A DNA stretch of 32,000 nucleotides, taken from positions 30,001-62,000 of the forward strand of contig NC_006138.1 of the NCBI RefSeq assembly GCF_000025945.1. Reading direction: 5' to 3'. The notes beneath the pieces are model-generated. The model was not told where the DNA came from, did not search any database, and saw nothing but the letters and a program-made list of their open reading frames with translations. Of the stretch, positions 31,759-32,000 are shown one piece after another; position 1 is the first letter of the stretch, and each line of letters opens with the position of its first letter. Position numbers and translations under genes: made by a program. Source of the DNA: Desulfotalea psychrophila LSv54 (GTDB taxonomy: Bacteria > Desulfobacterota > Desulfobulbia > Desulfobulbales > Desulfocapsaceae).

Positions 31759-32000
31759 ATGACTTCATTGAATTCGAATATCATTAAAAAAATATCTGCC
31801 ATTGTAGGAAAGGAGTACTGCACCACCCGCATGGCCGACCTCCACTGTTACTCCTATGACGGCAAGGGCATTATCTATCTCCCTGAAGCCGTTGCCTTTC
31901 CTCGCACCACAGAGGAGGTCAGCGAGATCATGAAGCTGGCCAGCCTACACCGCTTTGCCGTGGTTCCGCGGGGTGCTGGCACGGGGATGACCGGCGGCAG
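31759..32000 (+). CDS. FAD-binding (PCMH-type) oxidoreductase, GlcD/D-lactate dehydrogenase-like, N-terminal part (runs off the right edge)
   Basis: Own translation gives MTSLNSNIIKKISAIVGKEYCTTRMADLHCYSYDGKGIIYLPEAVAFPRTTEEVSEIMKLASLHRFAVVPRGAGTGMTGG. PRGAGTG.TGG after a P.T.EEV..I.K.A segment is the GlcD-type FAD-binding N-terminus. Open-ended, so not in the ORF track. Confidence 0.75.
   Translation, partial: MTSLNSNIIKKISAIVGKEYCTTRMADLHCYSYDGKGIIYLPEAVAFPRTTEEVSEIMKLASLHRFAVVPRGAGTGMTGG

Noticed and set aside
1-32000. tRNA, rRNA or other known structured RNA genes
   Set aside because: I recognised no cloverleaf-compatible segment, rRNA-like sequence or known riboswitch motif. This needs tRNAscan-SE and Infernal for certainty.

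Overview
The window contains a minus-strand Wzx/Wzy-type O-antigen-like polysaccharide cluster (1-20436) followed by a repeat-saturated region (20437-30672). The source is a Gram-negative bacterium whose taxon cannot be determined from the sequence.

Cluster genes, in transcription order:
- WbpM/PglF-like membrane dehydratase
- WbpO/WbpP pair (UDP-GalNAcA)
- RmlB and RmlA
- DegT-type aminotransferase
- WbqC-family protein
- divergent PLP-fold protein
- GNAT
- Wzx
- GT2
- Wzy-like membrane protein
- hexapeptide O-acetyltransferase
- AsnB-type amidotransferase
- two GT4 glycosyltransferases
- PglC-like initiating phosphoglycosyl transferase
- PglD/NeuD-like acetyltransferase, truncated by the left edge

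Many of these genes are linked by start/stop overlaps. The cluster is split at 5551-6663 by a decayed IS5/IS903-like element. That element keeps its terminal inverted repeats and a perfect 9-bp target duplication. It lies next to an older transposase remnant, at the edge of an AT-rich central block.

The region 20437-30672 is the unusual part.
- About 46% of it is non-coding.
- The non-coding DNA is built almost entirely from roughly 45 copies of a modular ~45-50 nt repeat with a GTTAAC head and three 9-nt CACAGAG-like sub-repeats.
- Other components are a GC-rich companion repeat, three copies of a ~300-480 bp palindromic module, and a 382-bp direct duplication that is more than 99% identical.
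- The genes inside are single-gene islands, each bracketed by inverted repeat units whose GTTAAC heads face the gene.
- These islands are three tandem divergent Wzz/PCP paralogues (355, 434 and 514 aa), one intact and one decayed GxxExxY (PD-(D/E)XK-like) gene, and nfo.

ddl follows on the minus strand, and an FAD-linked oxidase gene starts at the right edge. I saw no rRNA, tRNA or CRISPR array. All repeat counts and identities are by-eye estimates and need computational confirmation.
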